Shown piece after piece: positions 13,901-26,100 of a stretch of 54,583 nt of DNA. The stretch is from Euglena gracilis (lineage: Eukaryota). The number at the start of each line of letters is the position of its first letter. The first letter of the stretch is position 1. Position numbers and translations under genes: made by a program. A model generated the notes under the pieces. The model was not told the DNA's origin. It searched no databases and saw only the letters and a program-made list of their open reading frames with translations. The stretch spans positions 39,889,816 through 39,944,398 of the forward strand of contig CP154954.1 of assembly GCA_039621445.1 (NCBI GenBank). Reading direction: 5' to 3'.

Positions 13901-16900
13901 GAAATGGGTGCCAAAAAGTGCGGCCAGCCCCCGGGACCAGGTCGGCTGGGTTCCCCGCCCCCTAAAACCCTCTTGCCACCGGAACCACTGCTGGTGAAAC
14001 ACCCCGCAATAGCGAAATTTTGGCAATTTTTTTAGTATTATTCGGGGCGGCTCATGGGGGTGGGGGGGGGCGGGATTTTTTGTGGCCAGATGATTGCCTC
14101 AATGCCAGGAAATTCGGGGGTGCCAAAAAAGTGTGACCAGCCCCCGGGACCAGGTCGGAAAAAGTGCGACCAGCCCCCGGGACCAGGTCGGCTGGGTTCC
14201 CCGCCCCCCAAAAACCCCACTGCCACCGGATCCACTGCTGGTAAAACACCCCGCAATAGCGAAATTTCGGCAATTTTTTTCAGTACAATTCGGGGCGGCT
14301 GGTGGGGGTGGGGGGGGGCGGGATTTTTTGGTGCCAGATTGCCTCAATGCCAGGAAATTCGGGGGTGCCAAAAAGTGCGACCAGCCCCCGGGACCAGGTC
14401 GGCTGGGTTCCCCGCCCCCCAAAAACCCCACTGCCACCGGAACCACTGCTGGTAAAACACCCCGCAATAGCGAAATTTTGGCAATTTTTTCAGTATAATT
14501 CGGGGCGGCTGGTGGGGGTGGGGGGGGGCGGGATTTTTGGGGGCCAGATTGCCTCAATGCCAGGAAATTGGGGGGTGCCAAAAAGTGCGACCAGCCCCCG
14601 GGACCAGGTCGGCTGGGTTCCCCGCCCCCAAAAACCCTCTTGCCACCGGATCCACTGCTGGTAAAACACCCCGCAATAGCGAAATTTTGGCAATTTTTTC
14701 AGTATAATTCGGGGCGGCTGGTGGGGGTGGGGGGGGGGGGCGGGAATTTTGGGGGCCAGATTGCCTCAATGCCAGGAAATTCGGGGGTGCCAAAAAGTGC
14801 GACCAGCCCCCGGGACCAGGTCGGCTGGGTTCCCCGCCCCCCAAAAACCCCACTGCCACCGGAACCACTGCTGGTAAAACACCCCGCAATAGCGAAATTT
14901 TGGCAATTTTTTCAGTACAATTCGGGGCGGCTGGTGGGGGTGGGGGGGGGGGCGGGATTTTTTGGGGCCAGATTGCCTCAATGCCAGGAAATTCGGGGGT
15001 GCCAAAAAGTGCGACCAGCCCCCGGGACCAGGTCGGCTGGGTTCCCCGCCCCCAAAAACCCTCTTGCCACCGGATCCACTGCTGGTAAAACACCCCGCAA
15101 TAGCGAAATTTCGGCAATTTTTTCAGTATAATTCGGGGCGGCTGGAAGGGGAGAGCAGGGGAAAAGGCGGGATTTTTTGGGGGCTCAGATTGCCTCATGC
15201 CAGGAATTCGGGTTCCACAAAGTGCCAAAGTGCGGGGGCGTGAGCCCGCCCCCGGTGCACCATCGGGGGTCGTCTGTGGTCCCCGCCCCCTCCCCGGGGG
15301 GAGGGTTTCTATTTTTTGTGTAAAGGGTTTCTTTATTTTTTTTCCCGTCCATTTTGCCCCGCGTAATCCACTCTGCTGAAACCCCCGCAATAAGGCGAAA
15401 TTTCGGGCAATTTTTTCAGTATTATTCGGGGCGGCTGGGGGGGGTGGGGGGGGGAGGGGGCGGGGATTTTTTGGGGCCCAGATGCCTGCCTCAATGCCAG
15501 GAAATTGGGGGGTGCCAAAAAGTGCGACCAGCCCCCGGGACCAGGTCGGCTGGGTTCCCCGCCCCCCAAAAACCCCACTGCCACCGGAACCACTGCTGGT
15601 AAAACACCCCGCAACAGCGATATTTCGGCAATTTTTTCAGTACGGGGCGGCTCATGGGGGTGGGGTGGGGGGGGGGGCGGGATTTTTGGGGGCTAGATTG
15701 CCTCAATGCCAGGAAATTGGGGGGTGCCAAAAAGTGCGACCAGCCCCCGGGACCAGGTCGGCTGGGTTCCCCGCCCCCAAAAACCCTCTTGCCACCGGAT
15801 CCACTGCTGGTAAAACACCCCGCAATAGCGAAATTTTGGCAATTTTTTCAGTACAATTCGGGGCGGCTGGTGGGGGTGGGGTGGGGGGGGGGCGGGATTT
15901 TTGGGGGCCAGATTGCCTCAATGCCAGGAAATTCGGGGGTGCCAAAAAGTGCGACCAGCCCCCGGGACCAGGTCGGCTGGGTTCCCCGCCCCCAAAAACC
16001 CTCTTGCCACCGGATCCACTGCTGGTAAAACACCCCGCAATAGCGAAATTTCGGCAATTTTTTCAGTATAATTCGGGGCGGCTGGTGGGGGTGGGGGGGG
16101 GCGGGATTTTTTGGCCAGATTGCCTCAATGCCAGGAAATTGGGGGGTGCCAAAAAGTGCGACCAGCCCCCGGGACCAGGTCGGCTGGGTTCCCCGCCCCC
16201 AAAAACCCTCCACCCACCGAACCACTGCTGGTAAAACACCCCGCAATAGCGATATTTCGGCAATTTTTTCAGTACAATTCGGGGCGGCTGGTGGGGGTGG
16301 GGGGGCGGGATTTTTTGGTGCCAGATTGCCTCAATGCCAGGAAATTCGGGGGTGCCAAAAAGTGCGACCAGCCCCCGGGACCAGGTCGGCTGGGTTCCCC
16401 GCCCCCCAAAAACCCCACTGCCACCGGAACCACTGCTGGTAAAACACCCCGCAACAGCGAAATTTCGGCAATTTTTTCAGTATAATTCGGGGCGGCTCGT
16501 GGGGGTGGGGTGGGGGGGGGCGGGATTTTTGGGGGCCAGATTGCCTCAATGCCAGGAAATTCGGGGGTGCCAAAAAGTGCGACCAGCCCCCGGGACCAGG
16601 TCGGCTGGGTTCCCCGCCCCCAAGAACCCTCTTGCCACCGGATCCACTGCTGGTAAAACACCCCGCAATAGCGAAATTTTGGCAATTTTTTCAGTATAAT
16701 TTGGGGCGGCTCGTGGGGGTGGGGTGGGGGGGGGCGGGATTTTGGGGCCAGATTGCCTCAATGCCAGGAAATTGGAGGGTGCCAAAAAGTGCGACCAGCC
16801 CCCGGGACCAGGTCGGCTGGGTTCCCCGCCCCCAAAAACCCCACTGCCACCGGATCCACTGCTGGTAAAACACCCCGCAATAGCGAAATTTCGGCAATTT

Positions 16901-17075
16901 TTTCAGTATAATTCGGGGCGGCTCGTGGGGGTGGGGGCGTGGTTTTTTGGGCCAGATTGCCTCAATGCCAGGAAATTGGGGGGTGCCAAAAAGTGCGACC
17001 AGCCCCCGGGACCAGGTCGGCTGGGTTCCCCGCCCCCAAAAACCCCATTGGCACCGGAACGACTGCTGGTTAAAC
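1..17075. repeat. ~211-bp tandem satellite array, ~81 units, extends beyond left edge of window
   Basis: Unit gggccagattgcctcaatgccaggaaatt(c/g)gggggtgccaaaaagtgcgaccagcccccgggaccaggtcggctgggttccccgcccccaaaaaccccactgccaccggaaccactgctggtaaaacaccccgcaatagcgaaattttggcaattttttcagta...G-tract...gcgggatttttt repeated head to tail; variation is mostly homopolymer length plus a few diagnostic substitutions. Confidence 0.99.
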
Positions 17076-17168
17076 ACCAGCAGTGGTTCAAGGGTCAGCT
17101 ATGTCTTCTCAGTGTACGTGTGGGTATGTCTTGGGCTTTTCCACTATCTCAATTCATTTTCTCGACAG

Positions 17169-20100
17169 GTCCCGCCACCCGCCGCCTACGTCGCCCCCGC
17201 CGTGCTCCTGCGGGAAGCGGACGAGGAGGCAGCGGAGTACGAGCAGGATCGCCACGCAGGCCCCGGTGGCCTGGATAGTATCGGGCATGAAAACAGACGA
17301 CCGGTACACACAATCAATTACCCCCCCCCCTGTGCTCACGACCCCGTTATGTCCAATGACCCCCCCCTGCATTTCACAGACACGGCGTCCTGGCGCAAAC
17401 CACAAGGCCAAAAAAATTTGAACCCAAAAGTGGCCAAAAATCAGCCAAAGTTTTTTTGATCAAAAATTGTCGAAATTTCAAAGGGTTTCCCGCACCTCAC
17501 TCCTGCCTTGACAGTTTCTTCACCAAACCAGGGGGATCACTGACTCGTTTTTGTCCCAGACCAAGTCGTCGCAAAGGTGACCCGGCCGCAAAAAATTTTT
17601 TGCCATTTTTTTTCCCGTTCCAGACTCCAAAGCAGCTGACCCGGGGGGGGGGGGCTGGATTTCCAACCTGCCTGGTGCTTGGTGACTGCCCGGTTTTCGG
17701 AAGAGTGGACCCCAGGAGGGATGGTTGCCCGCTCCTCTGTGTGTCCTCTTCTCCTCCGGTGTGGGGGGTTGGACAGGGATGCGAATATTTTTCTTTGCAT
17801 TGGATTCTTTGAAGCCCCCTCCCCCACCTGGCAGTTTTGCATTGCTCAGTAGGGGGTCGACCCCCCTGTGGTTTTTCGCAGTCAAACTCCACAAGGGTTT
17901 TTGACTTTGAAAAATTTTGCAACAAAAGAAAGGGGAGATTTCTCTGGGTTTTTTGTGTTGTTTGTCTCCATTTCATAATTCAGGTTTCTTTTGAACCCCC
18001 CAAATAAACTCCCCCCCCCCCAAAATAACTCCCCTCCCCCCTCGGGGGCCGATTTCGAGCGCCCCAATGACACACACCCTGATTTCCTTTGGTTTCCCAT
18101 GTAAAAAACAACCCCCCCCCCAAAGAACCCCCCCCCCCCCGGGACCCAGCTCGGGTGCCCAAATAACACACCGGGGGGGGGGGTGCCATTTGGATATCCA
18201 AGAAGGTCCAAGTCCATGCCTTCCCGCCAGAGGTTTTCGTTCTGAGAGTTTCACACCCCGCAGAGGTGTAGGAAAAAAGCCTGCATTGCAATTGTGGTGA
18301 AGCCCCCCCCCCCATCAGTCCAGCAGGGTCTGGGGGCAACATCAGCTCCACCCGCCCCAAAACTTGCTGGCCCGCGCGCGCCGCGCTGCCGACCCACTGC
18401 GTGGGATCCGGCAGCTGCTCGAGCAGGCTGTGTTTTTTTTTTGTGGTGTTTATCGAAACAACAAAGCAAAACAAACAAAAAGCAGCCTGACGCCGAGTAT
18501 TGGTGGCTCCTTGAGACCCCCGCTGAGCGGACAACCAGGGCAGAACGGGTGGCCAAACAGACAGGGTGGTGGATGGGGGGGGTCGACCTCCCCACCACAC
18601 CACCGTGTTTCCGGGAACACCAGTTTTTGACCCCAAAGTTTTTTCCGGCGCCAAAGGCGACGGGGAAAAATATGTTATTTATGCTATCCAATATGGTCCA
18701 TCCATGGTATCTAATACAAAATCTGGGAAATTGCTGTGGTGGGGTGGGGGGTCAAACGCCCGCCTCCTGTGTGGGGGTCCTCCCCCCCCACCAGGCCTTC
18801 CCGTTCTGCCCTGGGGGCGGCGAAGGAGATCCAGGTCCGCCACGCGGTGGCGGACCCGGGCCTCTGTGCCCGCTGCCGCCCACGCCCTTCCTTAAATGTG
18901 TGCCCTTCTGTTAAATGTGCGTTGTGGTAACCAGACAAATGCAAAACTGACTACAAATATCTGTCAAAAGTGCCATTTTCGGTTGGAAGGAAACTAACTG
19001 ACTTGGGGGGGGGGCGGGGGTATTTCTGCGGGGGGGGGGGGGAGGGCCACCCCACCTGCCTGTCAAGGTTCCCATGCATGTCAACACAATGACAAAGTAA
19101 CGAAGGGCGTGGGACCACCACCGCCGGCTGGGCATGGTGCAGGCGGAGGTCGCCGGGCGCAGCGTGCCGCTGTGCCCGGCCTGCCGCTTCGCCACGGTGT
19201 GGTCTGCCTTGTGCTTTGCTTCCAAGTCTCTTTTCATTTGCATTGTGCGCCCCCGTCCCCTTAAATTCTGGACTCAGCCTGGACAGTTCTCTTCAAAGCC
19301 ACCTGTGGGGGAAGTGGAATTTCGAGCATGGTGGCCAGGCCCATAATTACCCGCCCCCCCCCCTTGTCGTACGGCCACCCCTCATTTACGACCACCCCCC
19401 CCCCCCCGGACACAAGCTGCAGGTCATGGGGGTGTTACGACCCCCCCCCCCCGGTCACAGATTGCAGGAACCCGGTCGTACAACAATGGAGGGGGGGGGG
19501 CGGGTAACTCAGAAGACCCTGTGGGGATTGTGTGGAGGTCGCTGGGTTTGGGGCCGGTCCAGGTTTGCAAAGGGTGGATCGGGGGGGGGGGGGCAGAACA
19601 AATCACCGAGCGTTAGTTTTTGCAAGGGGAGGGGAAGGCAGGGGAGAACACAATTGTTTTTTTTTGCATTTTTTTGTGTTTTTCTATTTTGATAAAATTT
19701 GTGTTTTTATGTCTGTTGTTGTTGTTGTTGTTTTTTTTTTGCATTTTGTGGGTTTCCTCCTCCCTGTTTTCGAGTTTCAAAAGGGTTTGGGTAAAGATAA
19801 GGGTCAAGGTCTTTTTGACAATGAAAAATTGCTCGGTTTGTCCTGGATTTTCCCCCGAGGCCAAAAATTCTGTCAACCCTTTGTCATTTTTTGTCTTTTT
19901 TCTTTTTTTGGTCAATTAATTATTGCAAAATCGAAAATTTGCCTGATGGAGAATTTTTTCTCTTGTGTTGGAGTGAATGGTGGTCTTGCGGGGGGGGGGG
20001 TACGGGGAAAGAGGGTTTAGACCCCCGGGGGGGTGGGTCCAGACCCTTTCAGACAGAGGGGTCTGGGACCCCCGGGAACCCAAAAAGAGTAAAAAAAAAT

Positions 20101-23100
20101 GAGTGGTGCATTGTTTGACTGATTTTTCAAAAAAAAACATGTGCGAAAACTCAATTTTTGGGGTTTTTTTGACCACTCATTTAGTACCCTGCCCGAGGGA
20201 TGGGGGTCCGGAGACCCCTGGGCTGTGTTTCAGATTTACACCCTCGAATGCCCCCTGCCCCTCACAGTTCGAGAGCGCGCTGCAGGCGCGCGAGGCTGCG
20301 GCGGGACGACCACCCCGCGCACCGCGAACGGTGTGCTTACAATTTTCTCCAGAATGAATCAAAAACTGATAATATTCAAAAGAAGACAAATTTGGTGCCG
20401 TGCAGCTTTCTAAAGGCAATGACGATGGTGAGGGATGCGCATGGGTTTCTGTCTAATCCCCGCAATGCGCCAAATATAGGGCATTTTCGACCCCTCTGGG
20501 GGGGGGGTCGGGTTTTGGGACCCCCCCAGGCTGTATTTTAGTCGGGTGTCGACCCCACCCCGGGGGGGGGGGGTGCCTGCCCAGGCAGGCACCCCAAAGC
20601 ACTCCAAATCCCCCCGGGGGGGGGGTAGGGCACATGGCCAAAAGTGCCCTAGCACAACCCCGGCGCCAAAGGCGCCGGGGAGCCAAAAATGGCCTATTTT
20701 CAAAGGAATGTGCCCGGGCACAGGCCGAAATCCGACCCCCCCCGGGGGGGGGGGTAGTGCCTGCCTGGGCAGGCACTCACAGGCACTCCGGACCCCCCCC
20801 TCCCCCCCCCGGGGTTGGTAAAAAACAGCCTGCCCCCCCCCCGGCGCCGAATGGATTGGCCTCCGAAAATTGGCCTGGCCGGCAGGCTCCGAGAGGCACA
20901 AAGCACAGGGCCCCCCCAGGTTGGTGAAAAGAAGCCTGATCTTCTGACGTCACTCCCCCAAATGTTTTGCATTTTGTGGGTTGACTCGCAGAAAAGCACA
21001 CATTTTGTTTGCACTGCATTATTTTTGGTTGCCATTTTCCTAGGCGGCGAGGGGGAATTCATCATCTCATATCGTTTTCCCTCTCACAGGTCCGCGGCTG
21101 GTGGCTGGTGCCCCTGCTGCTCGCCCCGATCGTTGCTGCGGGCTGGACACACAGAGCCCATTGGCGTTGGCATTTGGGGTCAGAGAAAAGGAAAGTTGGA
21201 ATTTGGGAGCACAACCCGGATGATTGGGTTTGAGTCACTGCCAGCGTTGCGTTTCACTCAAAGGAATTTGACAAAACGTTGGAAGTCTGGGTTTTTTTTG
21301 TTGGGGCAGGGTTTGATATAAGGAGGGCGTACATGGTTTAGGTGGGGGGGGTGTCCCCCCCCACCCCCCCCCCCTCCTGGCCCGCAGGGGGGGTCCGGAC
21401 CACCCCCCCCCCACCTGCAAGGGGGGTCCGGACCGACCCTGGGGGGCAAAAATTGACCCCCCCAAAAAGGGTCAATTTTTTCCTCCGGCGCTTCGCGCCG
21501 AAAATTTTTTGCATTTTTGGCACATTTTTGCCCAAAAAGTGCCCAAAATGGCACTTTTGGTCGTTTTGGGGGGTCAAAAATTTTCGGCCCAGCGCTTCGC
21601 GCCGGGCCGAAAATTCGGCCACCCTGACCGCGCACCTGTTTAGGTGGGGGGGGGTATCCCCCCCCCCCCCCCCCCCCCCCTGGCCCGCAGGGGGGGGGTC
21701 CGGCCCACCCCCCCCCACCTGTCCTTATATCGAACCCTGACTGGGGGTTAGATTGGTGCTGTTAACCCCCGGCAAATCGAGTCAACATGTTTTGTTGAGA
21801 TGTGAATAATTTCTTTTTTTTAATCATCATCATCATCATTGTCATTGTTGTTGTTGTTGTTGTTGTTGTTCGTTGTTGTTGTTGTTGTTGTTGTTGTTGC
21901 TATTGCTATCATCATCATCATCATCATGAGGTGCATTGACCTACCAACGGGCCCTGCTGTTGATCCTGCCGACCACCGACAGCCGCCTGGCCAACACGCT
22001 GGCGTGGCTGGCCAGGGTTGTATGGGAACTCCACAGCCACAGGCGTGAGACAGGTGGTAGGGGTCCCCCCCCCTGGGGGAGTGAGGTGGCAGGGGGGTCC
22101 CCCCCCCCCCCCCCCCCCGGTTTCAGAAGGGGTCCCCCACCCCCTCCCCCTCCTCTGCAGGGGCAAATAAAAATCTTCCGGCGCTTCGCGTTGGGTGTGC
22201 ATTTTTGGACCCTCTTGAAGCTCAATATGAAACTTTGGCAAAATGGGCAAGATTGGTCGAAAAATGGCTGTAATTTGGGTCAGGTGGGGAGTTGAGAGGA
22301 AATCAAATTGGCATTTCAAGGGCTTCAATTAAGGCATCTGACACCTCTTTATTCCCCATCTTTTATTCCCCACCACTGCACCATTTCAGAGAAATTTCAA
22401 GAAAAAATCAATTTTTTGATCCAAACAGGGCCAAAAATTTTCGGTGACCGAACACTGGAGGTAGGGGGGGATCCCCCTCACCCCCCAGTCCCCTCCTCCT
22501 CCGAGATTCCCATACAAGCCTGCGGCTGGCGGTGGTCACCACGTACAGCTGGCTGTACGTGGACTGCCTGCGGCCGCGGCTGCGGTGGGTCGCCGCCCTG
22601 TACCCCTGCACCGCAATCGGGGTGCCCTTTGCGGTTGGTTCGTTTCGAGGGGGGGGGAGGGTTACCTTCAAGTTCATTCGCAATCCCCCAACGGGTTCGG
22701 TGGATCAACTGCCATTTGTCTCTCATCCAAATTCAACTTCCCCTCCCCTCCCCCCCTCCCGGGCAGAGGGCCCTCCGCCGCCAGCCGTCGCCGCCATCGT
22801 CCACGCCATCGACCGCCGCCTGCGTGAACAAGTCGAGGGCAACGGCTACGGCGGGCCACACCCTGTCTCATCCCTCCCTCTTGTGACCGGTTGGCTTGGC
22901 TTGGCGTCTCCCTGGTCCCTCCCCAGGGATGGATTGGAAGCATTTTGGTTTGAAGGTGAGGGGAGGCCCCTTCCTGGAGGTTGGGGGGGTCAGGACCCCC
23001 CTTTCTTTATGGCAAAAATATATCTTTTGGCGCGCCGAAAAATGAACAAACATGCCCCTTTTCCTCACTTTTGAGCACATTGCCCATTTTTTTTTGATGG

Positions 23101-26100
23101 TTTGGTGCTTTCCGCAGCTAAAGTGTTCACATTTTTTGAGGAATTCATTTTCAAAGAAAAATCAAGGGCTTTTCAACAATTTTGGTCTGGCCCCCAAGGC
23201 ACTCCGGACCCCCCCCCAGGTTGGTAAAAAACAGGCTGGTCCCCTCTCTCCCCCTGTCCCTTTTGAGCCGGGGCGTGGCGGCACAACGCCGCCTACGCCG
23301 CCCTCCGCGTGGCCCACACGTGGGCCATCGTGGTGGGCGCCGTGGGCGACCTCGCCGTCCACGCCCTGCTGCTGGGGCCAGGCCCGTCCCCCCCTTTTTT
23401 TTCGGCCCCTCCCGGTTGGCGACTTGGCCACATTCCTGGAAGAGCCTGGAAATCCGGATAGATGCGTTTAAAGCCCTCATCATTGAAGGACAAAAGTGCT
23501 GGACTTGGCAATTGGGGTCAGGAGTGTGAAATGCAGGTAAACGGAATTTGCAGGCATCACATGTTTTTTTGAATCGCTTTGTTGCACTCCGCCTGTTTCC
23601 CGATTGGGTTTCTTTCAGGTCCAATGGGTGCCTTTCGGCTCACAATTTGAAGGCGATCCAAAGTTCTCCAAACCTCGCGGGCCGTTTGTTTCCCACCCCC
23701 ACCCCAAGCGGGTTCCCGGGGGGGCCGGCCTGCGGCCAAGTGCCCGCCCCCTTCATCAACCCCACCACGCCCCTCCAGCGGTGGAGGGACGCGCAGCCGC
23801 CGCCGCCGCCCGGGCCCGTGGCGAAGGCGAAGGCGGTGGTGCGGGAGATCCGGCGCCGGCTGTGGCCTGCCGGGCAGGCCCTTCCTGAAGGGCACCCGCC
23901 CCTCCCCCTGCCTTTCTGCATTGCAAGTCCCACGCAGACAATCACTCACTGATCAGTGGGGTATCCCATCCCGACCAGGTTTTTTTTAGCTTTGGACCTC
24001 CTGGGGGGTGGGGGGGGGCAGGGTGGGTGGGTCCAGCCAAGCCCCCCATGGGGGGGGTCCCCCCAGGGGGAGTGGGATGCCCTTTTCGGCGCTGAAGGTG
24101 CCGAAATTTTTTGAAAAAGGTGCTTTTTTTTAGCATTTTTCGCGATTTTTCGGCCATTTTCGGTGGGTCCCCTGGGACCCCCCTGGGGTGGGTGGGTGGA
24201 TTGATTGGTTTTTTGGGTGGACGTGACCCCTGGGATCAGTGTAAAGAAGTTTGTGCAGTCCCCCCTCCACACGGTCTCTTTGAAGAAGCGACAGGGTGCC
24301 AAGCCCCCCTCTTCTGGTGCAAATCCCAGGCACCCCTCCCCCGCCATCTTTGGCAACGGCCTGTCGCTGCCCGGCGTGCGGAACCGCCTGCGCCGCCGGC
24401 CGCGCCGGCTGTCGCGCCAGCTGCGCCGCCGGCCGAGCTGCCGGCCGCGCCGGCCGCTGAAGCAGCAGCGGTGGCGCAACCCCAGCCAGGGCACATAAAA
24501 CATGGCACACGAAGCGCACAACAAAATACAATTTCTATCTTCTGTCCTCCTTTCCAGGGGTTTTTTTCATCGTGGACTCCGGGGGGTGGGTGGGTGGGTG
24601 GGTGGGGCCCCGGGACCCGGGGGGGGGGGTCCCCCTGGAGGGGGCTGGGATGTGCTTTTCAGCGCTTTTTTGAAAAGGTGCTATTTGTTGCACGTTTCGC
24701 GATTTTCGGCCATTTTTTTTTGTGGGTCCCCCGACCCCCCCCCCCCAGGGAGGCCGGTTGGTGGGCGGGGGACCTCCCCCCGGTCTTAAGAAAAACCCCT
24801 GCTCCTTTCTAAATGAATGGGGAACAGGGAATTTCTTAAGGGCCCCCCCCGGGGGGGTCCAGCCTCCGGCTGGCAAAAAAGGCTGCTGGCTGGATTTGAG
24901 CTGCTGGCTGGACCCCCCCGGCGGGGGGGGGGGGGGTGGGGGGTCCGGGACTGGAGGGGACTGGGCTGGGCTGGGTCGAGGAAAAACAAAAATTTTTGAC
25001 ACATTTTTGTCACTTTAGACATTTTGATGGGTGGAGCTAGATCAAGGCTGGGGGGCTGTGCCAGGCTGTATTTTAGTCGGGTGCCGACCCCACCCCGGGG
25101 GGGGGGTGCCTGCCTGGGCAGGCACCCCAAGGCACTCCAAATCCGACCCCCCCCCGGGGGGGGGGGAGGGCACACGGCCAAAAGTGCCCTAGCACAACCC
25201 CGGCGCCAAAGGCGCCGGGGAGCCAAAAATGGCCTTTTTTCAAAGGAATGTGCCCGGGCACAGGCCGAAATCCGACCCCCCCCTGGGGGGGTAGTGCCTG
25301 CCTGGGCAGGCACTCACAGGCACTCCGGACCCCCCCCCCGGGGTTGGTAAAAAACAGCCTGGGCTGTGCTGGAGGGGCTGTGATGAGGAGAAAAAAAGCA
25401 AGGATAAGTGACTGGTGGGACCCAGGCCCAGCCTGAGTCCCAGGCTGGACCTGGGCCTCAGGTCCAGCCCGGAGGCCGGGCTGGACCCAGTTTTATTTTA
25501 CTCGACCCCCAGGAGGGGGGCTCCCAGCCCGAATTTGGACTGCTGGCTGGATTTGAGCTGCTGGCTGGCTGGATTCCCCCGGGGGGGGGGTAGGGTACCC
25601 TCCGGCTTACCCCCCCCTCCCCTAGTCGTACGACCACCCCTCATTTACGACCACCCCCCGGTCACAGGTTGCAGGTCATGGGGGTGTTATGACCACCCCC
25701 CCCGGTCACAGGTTGCAGGTTGCGAAAAATTTGGCACCACCTTACCTACAACCGCCGCCTCGTTTATGACCACCCCCCGGTCACAGGTTGCAGGTTATGG
25801 GGGTGTTACGACCACCCCCCCCGGTCACAGGTTGCAGGAACCCGGTCGTACGACTAGGGGAGGGGGGGGTACGAAATTCCCTGATGGGGAAGGAGCAAAA
25901 AAAAAGACATTCAATGCATAACACAGCCCATCTGGGGCTGGGGTTGAATATCCATTTTTTTCACTGAGGGCTTTCCAAAAGAGTTGCCAGAGCCCCCTGC
26001 TTCCCTGTCCAGGAAATTTCTTCCCGTGAGTGATGAAGAATACTCGAAAACCAATAAAATTTTTACACGCAAAGTGAAAATTCAGCTCAAAAAACAGGAG

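Larger units (their letters stand above)
21149..21961 (+). other. Nonconventional intron containing a MITE and an (ATC)n/(GTT)n microsatellite
   Basis: c|aca CAGAGCCCATTGG ... CCAACGGGCCCTG ctgtt|g; joins AGWT|ILPTT in frame. Confidence 0.8.
24825..25883. mobile_element. hAT-like MITE hosting two nested elements
   Basis: TIR cagggaatttc / gaaattccctg; perfect TSD atggggaa; contains family A (25062-25361) and family E inserted at a TA in its right TIR. Confidence 0.85.

Noticed and set aside
15140-15490. One highly diverged satellite unit as a distinct insertion
   Set aside because: It is colinear with the monomer and flanked by near-perfect units; most likely a low-quality consensus segment
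1-17075. Long ORFs (up to 738 aa) in the satellite
   Set aside because: Unit length varies with homopolymer indels, frames shift constantly and both strands are open; repeat artefact
1-17075. CRISPR-like array
   Set aside because: No unique spacers, whole units repeat, eukaryotic context and no cas genes
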